This document shows positions 40,943-57,858 of a stretch of DNA of 64,000 nucleotides, piece by piece. Below the pieces are notes generated by a model. That model was not told the origin of the DNA, ran no database searches, and was given only the letters and a program-made list of their open reading frames with translations. Numbering within the stretch: the first letter of the stretch is position 1; each line of letters starts with the position of its first letter. A program made the position numbers and the translations under genes. Source of the stretch: the human T2T-CHM13v2.0 reference genome, Homo sapiens; NCBI RefSeq assembly GCF_009914755.1, contig NC_060936.1; one strand, written 5' to 3'.

Positions 40943-41332
<390 letters not shown>

Positions 41333-41822
41333 TCACCCAGGCTGGAATGCAGTGACACGATCTCAGCTCATGCAGCCTCCACCTCCTGGGCTCCAGTGAT
41401 CCTCCCACCTCAGTCTCCTGAGTAGGTGGGATTACAGGTGCCTACCACCATGCCCAGCTAATTTTTGTATTTTCAGTAGAGATGGGGGTCTCACCATGTT
41501 GCCCAGGCTGGTCTCAAACTCCTGGCCTCAAACAGTCCCCTCACTCAGCCTCCCAAAATGCTGGGATTACAGGCATAAGCCACCACAAATGTTTTTTAAA
41601 ATTAGCCATGTGTGGTGGTGTGTGCCTTTAGTCCTAGCTACTTGGGAGGCTGAGGCAGGAAGATCACTTGAGCCCAGGAGTTTGAGATTACAGTGAGCAT
41701 AATCATGCCACAGCACTCCAGCCTGGAAGACAGAGCTAGACTCTGTGTCTTAAAAAAAAAAAAAAGGAGAGAGGGAGTGAGAAATAACCTCAATTCCCTA
41801 TAAATTGGTGGTGTAGTATTTA

Positions 41823-41966
<144 letters not shown>

Positions 41967-42067
41967 TTATGCTGTAAGATACCCTATAAAAATCTCTGGG
42001 GATCATATGATCTAAAGTATTTAATGTAAAAGTATGTCACTGTAATCTCCTCTTATACTAAACATGA

Positions 42068-42387
<320 letters not shown>

Positions 42388-42630
42388 TAGCTTTTAAGCA
42401 GCTGCTGAGAACTAATACTAACCACATTCTGAACTATATTTAAGGCCAAAATAACATGAAAGAAGTATAGAGGTAAAACTGCTCCCTTGGTAGTTCACTT
42501 TATCAGTGATTGAATGGAGCTGAGAAGGCAGCTCATTCATGATGATGATATTAACTGATAATATTAACTGATGATATTATTTATTCATCAATAAAGTCAC
42601 TATGGATTCAAAGATAGGCAACTCAGACAA

Positions 42631-43279
42631 TTTTCTGCCTTTATGGAGCTTACAGTCAGCAAAAACACTGTGGGACTGGTCCCTCTAATCAGGAGGTAAA
42701 TTCTTTAGGCTTTTTGCTCTATAGTAAGCCATTGCCTACCCTAGCCTTCATCTCTCTATCAATTTGGAAATAAACGCATTTATGATGCTCTCTTGTTGAA
42801 GAATTAGAACTTCCTCAGCTGAGAAACATAAGAAGGGAATCCATGGTAGGGTTCTGGAGAAACCATAGCTTCTTTTTATTCTTCCCTTCTCCGGTAAGAA
42901 TATGTCAGTTCCCTGGGTGCTCATACGTATTACCCTTTTCTCTCTTACATATTATAGGTAAACATATTATTAGTTTACAGGGTCTTTGTCTCCAAAGTGT
43001 TTTAGGAAGCCAGATAAGCTTTACTTAGGGGCTTTCTTAACCATTTCTCCCCCCTTGTATTCTCTTACCCTTAAAAGTGAATATTTTTCCACCATTTTTC
43101 TTTGGTGTCAAACCTATGCAGCAATTTCAGAAGGTACGTAAGAATAGCAAGAGATAAAAGTTGTTTTATAGTAAGCAATGGCTTACTATAGAGCAAAAAG
43201 CCTAAAGAATTTACCTCCTGATGAGAGGGACCAGTCCCACAGTATTTTTGCTGACTGTAAGCTCAATAAAGGCAGAAAA
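42631..43279. repeat. Inverted repeat, 109-bp arms (42631-42739 and 43171-43279), 431-bp spacer
   Basis: Manual reverse-complement alignment gives 105/109 identical positions. Confidence 0.93.
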
Positions 43280-43391
43280 GTTGTTTTCTTCTGAGCCGTA
43301 TCTTCTTTTCTAAGAATTTTTTCAGGCCTTGTAGTAAGTTTATTATTGACTAAGTCATATTTTTAAACTATAGCTAAGACCTTAGTATTAA

Positions 43392-44350
<959 letters not shown>

Positions 44351-44772
44351 CTCTCTTCAATTTATTTATTTCCCCAGTAACCCTTGTATTCTTGTTTGGA
44401 CAGTCCTGGCATCACTGATACTTTCTTTCAGAAACATTATCTCACATTGAGAATGGGGATAGATGAACGCCAACTGAGGCAGGTGGTCTCTTCATCTGCT
44501 TGTGCTTGGCACATAGTATGGTGCTACTAAAGTTGCTTTCTTTTTTTCCCTCCCTCCCTCCCTCCCTTCCTTCCTTCTTTCCTTCCTTTTTCTTTTTCCT
44601 TTTTTTTTTTTTTTTTGAGACAGAATCTTACTTTGTCACCCAGGCTGGAGTGCAGTGGCACGATCTTGCTTACTGCAACATTTACACCTCTGCCTTCCAG
44701 GCTCAAGTGATCCTCCCACCTCAGCCCTGTGAGTATCTGGGACTACAGGTGTGTGCCACCATGCACACCTAA

Positions 44773-44928
<156 letters not shown>

Positions 44929-45187
44929 TAGGGTCTCACTATGTTGCTCAGGCTAGTCTCTAACTCCTGGCCTCAAGCCAACCTCCCACCTCAACCCCCT
45001 GAGCAGGTGGGATTACAGGCTTGAGCTACCGCGCCAGCTGACAGTTGCTTTTATTATCATTGTTACTGTTGACATCGTGGCTATCATCATCATCACCCTC
45101 ATCACTGACAGACCTACAGTCTCATATTCAGAGAAGCAGCTTTGTTTTCTCAGCTAAGGATCAATAATAGCAACTCCTTAGAGATAA

Positions 45188-45310
<123 letters not shown>

Positions 45311-45579
45311 TAGCCTCCCTGAGTAGCTGGGACTACAGGCGCCCGCCACTAAGCCTGGCTGATTTTTTTGTATTTTTGGTAGAAACGGGGTTTCACCGTG
45401 TTAGCCAGGATGGTCTCCATCTCCTGACCTCGTGATCTCCCCACCTCGGCCTCCCAAAGTGCTGGGATTACAGACGTGAGCCACCGTGCCCGGCCAAGAA
45501 GGACATATCTTATTTAATGATCTCCAGCAGTGAACTCCTTATTCTAAACTCAGGAACTGTGATTAAGAATTTAGGTCAC

Positions 45580-46201
<622 letters not shown>

Positions 46202-46204
46202 TAG

Positions 46205-46471
<267 letters not shown>

Positions 46472-46754
46472 TGATCTTGAACTCCTGAGCTCAGGCAATC
46501 CACCCACCTCGACCTCCCAAAGTGCTGGGATTACGGGCGTGAGCCACTGCACCCTGCCTCAACTAATTTTTGTATTTTTTGTAGAGATGGGGTCTTGTTA
46601 TATTGCCCAGGCTGGTCTCAAACTCATGGGTTCAAGCAATTCTCTCACCTCAGCCTCCCAAAGCGCTGGGATTACAGGTGTGAGCCACTGTGCCTGGACC
46701 AGTGTATTATTATTATTGCAGAACTAGTAATTAAATGGAAATTTCAAAGTGATT

Positions 46755-47520
46755 CTTTTTAAAATTTATTTAACTTTTATTTTAAGTTCATGGGTATATG
46801 TGCAGGTTTGTTATACAGGTAATCTTGTGTCATGGGGGTTTGTTTTACAAATTATGTTGTCACCCAGTTATTAAGCCTCATGACCTATTAGTTATTTTTC
46901 CTGTTCCTCTCCCTCCTCTCACCCTCCACCCTCAGACAGACCCCAGTGTGTATTGTTCCCCTTAATGTAAATATGTGTTCTCATCATTTAGTTCCCACTT
47001 TATAAGTGAGAACATGTGGTATTTGGTTTTCTGTTCCTGCATTAGTTTGCTAAGGATAATGGCCTCCAGCTCCAACCATGTTCCTGCAAAGGACAGGATC
47101 TCATTCTTCTTTATGGCTCCGTAGTATTCCATGTGTATATGTACAATCTTTTCTTTATTCAGTCTACCATTGATGGGCATTTAGGTTGATTTCATATCTT
47201 TGCTATTGTGAATAGTGCTGCAGCGAACATACACATGCTTGTGTCTTTATGATAGAATGATTTCTATTCCTTTGGGTATATACACAGCAATGGGATTGCT
47301 GGGCTAAATGATATTTCTGTTTTTAGGTCTTTGAGGAATCACTACATTGTCTTCCACAATGGTTGAAATAATTTACACTCCCACCAACAGTGTATAAGTG
47401 TTCCCTTTTTTCCATAACCTCATAACCTCACTAGCATCTGTTATTTTTTTACTTTTTAATACTAGCCATTCTGACTTTTGGGAGATGGTATCCCACTGTG
47501 GTTTTGAGTTGCATTTCTTT
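46755..47520 (-). mobile_element. Older L1PA-type 3' end (antisense)
   Basis: ttttaagttcatgggtatatgtgcaggtttgttatacagg...tttacactcccaccaacagtgtataag. Confidence 0.9.
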
Positions 47521-48419
47521 CTTTTTTTTGAGATGGAGTCTCGCCCTATCACCCAGGCTGGAATGCAGTGGCGTGATCTCGGCTCACTGCAAGCTCCACC
47601 TCCCAGATTCACGCCATTCTTCTGCCTCAACCTCCTGAGTAGCTGGGATTATAGGCGAGTGCCACTGCACCTGGCTAATTTTTTTTTTTTTTTTGCATTT
47701 TTAGTATAAACGGGGGTTCACCACGTTGGTCAGCTGGTCTTGAACTCCTGACCTCGTGATCCACCCCCCCCCCTTGGCCTCCCAAAGTGCTGGGGTTACA
47801 AGGGTGAGCCACCGCGCCCGTCCTGCATTTCTTTTCCAAACGTGCTGTCGCCCAGGCTGGAGTGCAGTGGCGCGATCTCAGCTCACTGCAAGCTCTGCCT
47901 CCCGGGTTCACGCCATTCTCCTGGCTCAGCCTCCTGAGTAGCTGGGACTACAGGCGCCCACCACCATGCCCAACTAATTTTTTTGTATTTTTAATAGAGA
48001 CAGGGTTTCACCATGTTAGCCACAATGGTCTCGATCTCCTGACCTCATGATCCACCTGCCTCGGCCTCCCAAAGTGCTGGGATTACAGGTGTGAGCCACC
48101 ACGCCCAGCCTACAGACTGTTATCTGGGAAATCCTAATGTAAGTGCTGGCAAAAAGAGGGAAAAAGGAATAGGAAATATAAAGGATGTATTAAAAGCTAC
48201 AACAGGATTTTAAGTCTTTGGGCTATCTCACAATGTGGTATTAATTTCTTCTTCTCTGCTAAAATATAGAGCTAAGGAACAAACTATGTGTGTCCAAGTG
48301 AGTGCACATTTGTGATTATATATAGTTTGGAATCATTTTTTCAAGAGGTCCAGGATCTTCCTCACTCTCCAACATGTAAATGGATAATCCTTCTACCTCT
48401 TCCTCATGTCTCCCTGCAG

Positions 48420-48586
48420 CCATATGTGTCATTGGCTCAGCAGATGGCACCACCTAGCCCAAGCAACAGTACACCTAACAGCAGTAGTGGAAGCAATGGA
48501 AATGACCAGCTGAGCAAAACCAACCTATACATCCGAGGATTGCAACCAGGCACTACTGACCAAGATCTTGTCAAGCTGTGTCAGCC
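48420..48586 (+). CDS. RBMS2: RBMS2 coding exon 2 ([14 protein letters not shown]...[26 protein letters not shown]; start of RRM1 with RNP2 LYIRGL)
   Basis: Pyrimidine tract + ctgcag| acceptor, donor CC|gtaagt. 167 nt, in frame with exon 1. Confidence 0.97.
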
Positions 48587-48843
48587 GTAAGTTGGAGTAC
48601 ATGTGCGTAGGCTTCCAGGGACAGTATAGATTTGGTTTTGAGACAGGGTCTCGTTATGTTGTCCAGGCTAGTCTTGAACTCCTGGGCTCAAGTGATCCTC
48701 CTGTCTCAGTAGCTGGGATTACAGATGCATGCCACCACTCCTGGCCTTGCCAGCTCACTTATCCTAAAAGGCAATGGCATTTTGTTTCTACTCCATAGAC
48801 ACAAACTTTCTCAGCAGCCTCTTAAAAAATTCTACCTGCTACT

Positions 48844-49149
<306 letters not shown>

Positions 49150-50282
49150 CTACCTGCTACTGATATATATTATAAAGCCTTTATGTGTTTCTCTAAGGAA
49201 AGCCAGTGTGGGACTGGCCTTTAAAGCCTAATATCCAACTTTATTTCCAGCACCTCCCCCAACCTGATGGTCTTAGTGGAAAGACTGCTGTCCTTACACC
49301 TTGAATAGAGAAGTTTAATATCTCTATAGATGTTAATTAGAAGGCATGAGAGAGCTGGCAGTGGGGATGGAAGAAAGTGGGACTCGCCAATCAAATCATG
49401 CACTTTGGAGACTTTCTGCTGCTGGAGATATTCCTTGGGAATGGAGACCTCAAATTAGCAGATAAAGAAGGTGGAGATAGGAACAATTATTCTGTATCTA
49501 CCCCATGAAGACCCTTCGGAGTTCTTTTTAGTAGATTTGATTCATGGAATTGCCCAATTAGGAATGTTGGAAAAATGGCAAGAGTGCACAGATGTCCAGC
49601 TCAAAAAATAATAAGCAATAAAAAATAAAGTCTGGTGTATATAAAAAACTGGTCCTTGGGCCGGGCGTGGTGGCTCACACCTGTAATCCTAGCACCTTGG
49701 GAGACCAAGGCAGAAGGATTGCTTGAGCTCAGGAGTTCAAAACCAGGCTGGGCAACATAGTGAGACCTTGTCTCTATAAAAAATATAGTAAAAATATATA
49801 TTAAAAAAAATTTTAAAACTGGTCCGTTATCTCAGCTTACCTTGCTAGAAAGGTATGTAAGTGGAATTAAGGGGACTGTCTTGGACTAGTAATTTTTGAG
49901 AGGTGGGAATTAGCAGAAATGTTGGTTTTTGAGGGAGCGAAAGAGTATCATACTAATATAGGTCCTTGATTTCTAAATTTTGTTTCTTGTACTAAATATA
50001 ATGTGCTACAAAAATTCTCTCACATCACAAGACAGAGAAGAATCTTTTTTTTTTAAGACTGAGTCTCAGCCTCCCAAGTAGCTGAGATTATAGGCGCACG
50101 CCACCACATCCGGCTAATTTTTGTTTTTTTTTTTGCTAGAGATGGGGTTTTACTGTGTTGTCCAGGCTGGTCTCGAACTCCTGACCAGGTGATCTGCCCA
50201 CTTCGGCCGCCCAAAGTGCTGGGATTACAGGTGTGAGCCACCGTGCCTCGCTCAGAGAAGAATCTTGATTAGACTACCATAT

Positions 50283-51481
50283 ATTCGTTCCTCAGTATCT
50301 GGGGGGGATTTGTTCCAGGACCTCCTCTGTCCCCCTGCATGGATACCAAAATTCACTGAGCTCATGTCCCTACGCTTTTTTTTCTTTTTAAGACAGGATC
50401 TTGTTCTGTCACCAAGGCTGGAGTGCAGTGGTGTAATCACAACTAACTGTAGCCTCCAGGGCTCAAGCAATCCTCCCACCTCAGCCTCCTGAGTAGCTAG
50501 GACTACAGGTACACACCACCATGCTTGGCTAATTTTTTGTAAATTTTGTAGAGATGAGATTTCATCATGTTGCCCAGGCTGGTCTCAAACTTATGCGCTC
50601 AATCATTCCTCCTGCCTCGGCCTCCCCAAAAGCTGGGATTACAGGCATGAGCTACTGAGCCTGGCCTCAAGTCCCTTAGATAAAATGGTATAGTGGCCAG
50701 GCATGATGGCTCATGCCTGTAATTCCAGCACTTTGGGAGGCCAAGATGGGTGGATCACCTGAGGTCAGGAGTTGGAGACCAGCCTGGCCAACATGGTTAA
50801 ACCCCGTCTGTACTAAAACTACAAAAATTAGCTGGGTGTGGTGGTGGGCACCTGTAGTCCCAGCTACTCAGGAGGCTGAGGCAGAAGAATCTCTTGAACC
50901 CAGAAAGCAGACGTTGCAGTGAGCCGAGATCACGCCACCAGAAAGCAGAGGTTGTAGTGAGCCGAGATCACGCCACTGCACCACAGCCTGGGTGACAGAG
51001 CAAGACTTCGTCTCAAAATAATAAAAATAAAATAAAATAAAATGGTGTAGTATTTGCATATAACCTATGCACATGCTCCTATATACTTTAAAATTATCTC
51101 CAGATTACTTATGATACCTCAATACAATACAAATGCCATGTAAATAAATGTTATACTGTATTGTTTAGGGAATAATGACAAGAAAAAAGTCTGTATATGT
51201 TCAGTACAGATGCAACCATCCTTTCTTTTAAAAAACATTTTAACTTTTATTTTAGGTTAAGGGGTACATGTGCAGGTTTGTTACATAGGTAAACTCGGGA
51301 CTTGGGTATTTGGTGTATAGATTATTTTGTCACCTGGGTACTAAGCATAGTACCCAACAGTTATTTTTTTAGTTTTTTTTCCCTGAACCTCTCTTAGAAG
51401 AAAGACTTTTTTTTTTTTCCTATATATTTTCAATCCATGGCTGGTTCAATCCACAAGTGGGAAACCCACAGATACAGAGGG
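50283..51481 (+). mobile_element. MER2 (Tigger-derived DNA transposon) split by two Alus and an antisense L1 3' fragment
   Basis: cctcagtatctggggggattt gttccaggacc...gataccaaaattc; aaaatggtgtagtatttgcatataacctatgcaca...; ttcaatccatggctggttcaatccaca...acagatacagagg. Collinear with the recalled MER2 consensus. Confidence 0.85.
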
Positions 51482-52468
51482 ATTTTTATTTTGCCTTTCT
51501 GAACAATTGCCTTATCTTTTGCTGTGTCTGAAGCATAAGTATAGTCAAGGGCAGCATGTAGGATCGAAGTAAGGAGCCCAAAAGGGGACTGTGGAGAGGC
51601 AGGAGTGAGGCAGGAATGAAAGAGGTGCCAGAGGAGTCCTGACTAGGAGGCTGAGCAGAGCAGGTGGGTGGAGCCCTCTGTCCGCTGTGAGCAGGGAGTT
51701 AAGCCTTTCTAGGAAGGATGTTTCTCATGCGTAGACGGACTTCCTGCCTTTGTCCCAGTTGTCTCTCCCTGGGTTGTAGAGGAAGTAAATATTGCTGGAT
51801 CCTAAAGTCTGGCATGTGGGAAGGAGAGGCGTGGAGTCTAGGACTGGAACTCCTGTTTCTCGGAGGGGCTCCTTCAAGGAAGCAGCAGCAGTGACCCAGC
51901 TGTTGCCAGCTGCAGTGGAAATTCTGAGCTCAAAGTCTCAGCTGCTAGACCACAGCAAGCTCCACCCTGGGGCCTTCATAAGGATAGCAGCACTTGTGTC
52001 CTCTGCCCCACAGTCAGACTTCTCATGAGTCCCTCCCCTGCCTCAATTTGGGAATGAATCCAAGTGTGTAGCCTGGAAGGGCTAGGATAGCCACATCCAT
52101 CCTCACCCTCCTTTTAATGTGTTCTGTTCCCAGCTTTCAGGGCATTGCTTGGCTTATTCTGTCTAATCCTTTGGATCACAGAAGTTCTACTAAAAAAGTC
52201 AGTGAGATGCCGCCAAGGAGTGAAAACAAATCAATCATCATATGTTCTTTAGGGATGGAAGGAGAGATGGGAAAATTGCTTGTTTGGGGTATTATTCTCA
52301 AATTCATTCCCTGACAACTATTTTCAGTTAGCTCTTGTACTTCTGACTTTGTTAGTGATTTCTGTTCTGTCTCTTTAATATTTTCACCCTCCTGGAGTGG
52401 AATGTAGAGGCTTTTTTCTAGTGGAACGCTTCTAATATAATCCCTGATCTGTGATACACTACTACTCA

Positions 52469-52889
<421 letters not shown>

Positions 52890-53017
52890 TCATTAATGAG
52901 GGAACCAGCAGGATGGAAAAATGAGTTCAAAGAGCATTTGAGGAACTATTTATAGGAAATGAAGAAAGAATGTTGGAATAAGATTGCTACATTAGATAAA
53001 AACTGGTTTATGTCCTA

Positions 53018-53537
<520 letters not shown>

Positions 53538-53590
53538 TTATAAGATGATTTTCTTAGAGTTGGGCATGGTGGCTCTCAGCTGTAATCCTA

Positions 53591-53857
<267 letters not shown>

Positions 53858-53984
53858 TTAATACTACAGTTCCCACTCCCCTCCCTAACACTCTCAAATC
53901 TTGACAATGAGAAATAGAAGTCTTAGAGTAAGGCAAAGAGATATTAAAGTTGAGGTTCCTTGAATATAATAATAGCAATTAAAA

Positions 53985-54170
53985 ATTTTAAGTGCTTACC
54001 ATGTGGTACACATTAATGATTTCTGTTTATTAATTCACAGTCCTAACAATCCTATCTCCATTTTACAGATGATGAGGCTGAGACACCAAAAGGTTCAATG
54101 ACTTGTTCAAGATCACGCATAGCTAAAAAGTGGCAGAACCAGGATTTGAACCAAAGCAATTTGGCTCAGG
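53985..54170 (-). mobile_element. MIR
   Basis: ctccattttacagatgatgaggctgagacacc...gacttgttcaagatcac...ggcagaaccaggatttgaacc. Confidence 0.8.
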
Positions 54171-54525
54171 TTGACCTTCAATTAAAGGGGTCAGTGGAGG
54201 GGTGATGGAAATAGGATATCAGAGAAGAAAAATGTCTATAGTTTTTTCATAGGATCAGTGGTGTTTTCCAAAAGAAAATAAGTAATGGCAAGGATTCTTT
54301 TTAGTCCTCAGGGAATTCCAGCCAGAGCTCTGCCTCTACACACTCTTTCGTGTGGACATTGCCAAGCTTCTTTCCCCAAAAGACAGTCATCTCTTTCCAA
54401 CTAGTGTGTGAGTCTTAGCTGGGAAAGAAGAGAGAAATGTGTTGGTATTATAGGGACTACAGTTACCTTATTTCTTTTAGGTACCTTTGGGGAGGATGGG
54501 TTTATATTAAGTGTGGCATTTTTAA

Positions 54526-54875
<350 letters not shown>

Positions 54876-54977
54876 TAGATCATGGAAAGGGCATGGATTT
54901 GTTGAGATGTCTGAATCTCTGTCCTATTCTTAGTCTCTGCCCCCCAGATTATTACTTTGCATTTTCCTCTCCCTTAG

Positions 54978-55036
54978 ATATGGCAAGATTGTTTCCACTA
55001 AGGCCATACTGGACAAGACCACAAACAAATGTAAAG
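54978..55036 (+). CDS. RBMS2: RBMS2 coding exon 3 ([19 protein letters not shown])
   Basis: ttcctctcccttag| acceptor, AAG|gtgaga donor. 59 nt, phase 2 to phase 1, continues RRM1. Confidence 0.96.
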
Positions 55037-55901
55037 GTGAGAGAACAACTGTCCTTGGTGTTGGAGAGCACCAGTAAGTGAGGCCATCCCTTGACACTGC
55101 CCTTTACTGCTGAGAGTCCTGAGTCTACAGTGTCAGCGAGAAGTCCCTGAAGTTTTTAGGCTTAAAAGATTAGGAGATATTTAGATTCTTTGGTGACCAG
55201 ATAGCTAGAGCTGAAAATGCTGTTTAGGGGCCCCAAGGCCAGAAGACTGTACAAAACACCTTTGAGTCTACTGAGCTTATTTTGGACTTTGTATTTCCCT
55301 GGATGAGGTGGTAGAAGTGGGTAAGTGAGATTTTCTTCTGCTTAGCAAAGTCATGTAAATGCCTTTTTTGGGGAGTGTTTTGGTGGGTGTTATTTTCTGA
55401 GGGTGAGTAGTTTTATTGGGGTTTTGAGCAGTTCTAGATAGAGCTGGAAGAGTGGAAGGAAGAGAAAGGGCTATAAGTTGGGGTGGTGAGGGTCTTCTTC
55501 CAGCAGGTGGCTGGTGGTCTGCTCTGGAGAGGCTGCATTCCCTACATGCCTAGCATTTCTGGGGTATATCAAGAAAAGAGGGGAGTGAATTCTTTTAGAG
55601 GTATAGGGGGGCTTTGGGTTATTAGCAGAGCCTAGTTCCTGAAACCTCAAATTTCTTAAGGGGGAGGGAGAAGGGCAGGGACACCAGAGTAGCTCATTGC
55701 CTTGGCATTCTTAGCCACAAAGTAGATCACATCTCAGGGTTTGAGGAGCATGTGGATAACTACCTGAAACCTCTCAATAGCTCTTTCTCCCTCCCATTTC
55801 TGTTACATGGATCATAACTCTTCCTCTGTCTCCTGAAAAGCCTGGACCTCTCTGTTCCTTACACCTCCCACTTCCTAGTGATGCTGTTTCCTCTGTTCCA
55901 G

Positions 55902-55993
55902 GCTATGGCTTTGTAGATTTTGACAGCCCTTCAGCAGCACAGAAAGCTGTAACAGCACTGAAGGCCAGCGGTGTACAGGCACAGATGGCAAAG
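55902..55993 (+). CDS. RBMS2: RBMS2 coding exon 4 ([31 protein letters not shown]; completes RNP1 KGYGFVDF)
   Basis: ctctgttccag| acceptor, AAG|gtaagg donor. 92 nt, ends in phase 0. Confidence 0.97.
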
Positions 55994-56512
55994 GTAAGGG
56001 TACTACCCCATGTCTGTTCCTCCAAGGGGTTTGTGGTTAGCACCAAAGTTCCAGTTCTAAGGTTTCCAGAGGGCTTAAGAACCATGAAATTGAGTGGGCA
56101 AGGGCTATCCGTGGTGCTTTCTAGACAGTCCATGAGCACCCCTGGCTGCTGGAGGAAGATGTATTCAAAGTCTATGGCAGGTAGCTCTATCAGCTCTCTT
56201 CCTTTCACCAAGTTATTGGCAGCAAGAAAGGTAAGGTGGCCTCTTCCGGTACTCCTGCTGCTTCCCCGTGTTCCCTATATTATTCACCCTGGCCCCACTT
56301 CCCTACCAGACAGCTTGTGGTGGTTTTGCAACATTCTCTGAACAAGTCAATTGTGCAACTCAGAATTTCAGAACAATGCTCTCCACCTCCTAATGTTGTT
56401 CCCCATACGGGCTGGGTAGTGGGCTGGGGAGGCAGGAGGGAAGCCACATCAAGGGAGGAAACTGTCTCTTCTCAGATCTGTCTGAAACTGTTGTCTTCAC
56501 CTAGACTACTAG

Positions 56513-56878
<366 letters not shown>

Positions 56879-57700
56879 TGTCCCTTTGCCTTTCTGAAGC
56901 TGTTATGAGTATTATACATAGAGCTTGTGAGGCAGGCCTGCTAGACACCTTTTCTGTAATGGTTAAAGAAAAGGAAAACAAAAGGAAAAGGCAGAAGAGG
57001 ATTAAGGTTGCTGGTGACCACTGTTTAGGGCAGAGTGACTGCTTAAATTCTTAAAAATACAACTATTGGATGATATTGCCATTTTGCACATTCTGTCCCC
57101 TGGAAGGGCTCTCCTACCTCTTCTTCCAGGAGTAAAACCCTCTGACAAAAGCTCAAAGGTTTAGGAGCCTTCAGGGTCCTAGGAGACTGTAGCTTTCAGG
57201 GCTCCGTGGTGACACAGTGAACTCCGCATCTGGCTCTCTCCCTGTTCCCTTCTCCCCTCCTCCTGCTCTTCCTCCATCAGGGAGTGAACAGGCATTCCTA
57301 CTTAGAGGATTCTGCGTGGCTGGAAGAGAAGTGGGGAGGGGCTGCTCAAAACAAGCCAGCCAAGGAGCAAGGCAGTCTGAGGGAATCCAGCCTCTGGGAC
57401 CGGCTGCTGGGGGAGAGCGGGAATGCTGCTCTGCCTGTTTCTAAAAGAGACAGCCAAACACCATTTATGACTTGTATGATGGGCTTGTATAGTACTAGAA
57501 ATATTAAATCTGCACTTCTCCCTCCTGGAACTCAATATACAACCCGTGGTAGTGGGACTGGGTGTTAACAAATAGAATAATCTTTGTTTATGTGGGACCC
57601 TTCCTATAGTCTCTTTTCTGAAATGTCATTTGTGGGGAGGGCTGAGGGTGGGAGAGGGATAAGAGATGTGAGCCTCATTTTCTCACTGTTATTTCCACAG

Positions 57701-57858
57701 CAACAGGAACAGGACCCCACAAATTTATACATCTCAAACCTCCCACTGTCAATGGATGAGCAGGAACTGGAGGGGATGCTGAAGCCCTTTGGCCAGGTTA
57801 TCTCCACCCGTATCCTTCGAGATACCAGTGGGACCAGCAGAGGTGTTGGCTTTGCAAG
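57701..57858 (+). CDS. RBMS2: RBMS2 coding exon 5 ([53 protein letters not shown]; first half of RRM2)
   Basis: atttccacag| acceptor, AAG|gtgagg donor. 158 nt; RNP2 LYISNL and RNP1 RGVGFA. No further coding exon recognised before the window end. Confidence 0.97.

Noticed and set aside
49260-49630. Unique segment ending in an A-rich AATAAA stretch, considered as a processed pseudogene
   Set aside because: No TSD found and no recognisable parent sequence or ORF.
55903-56211. Antisense ORFs over exons 4 and 5 (also 57604-57900)
   Set aside because: Typical shadow ORFs opposite coding sequence; no independent promoter, splice or homology evidence.
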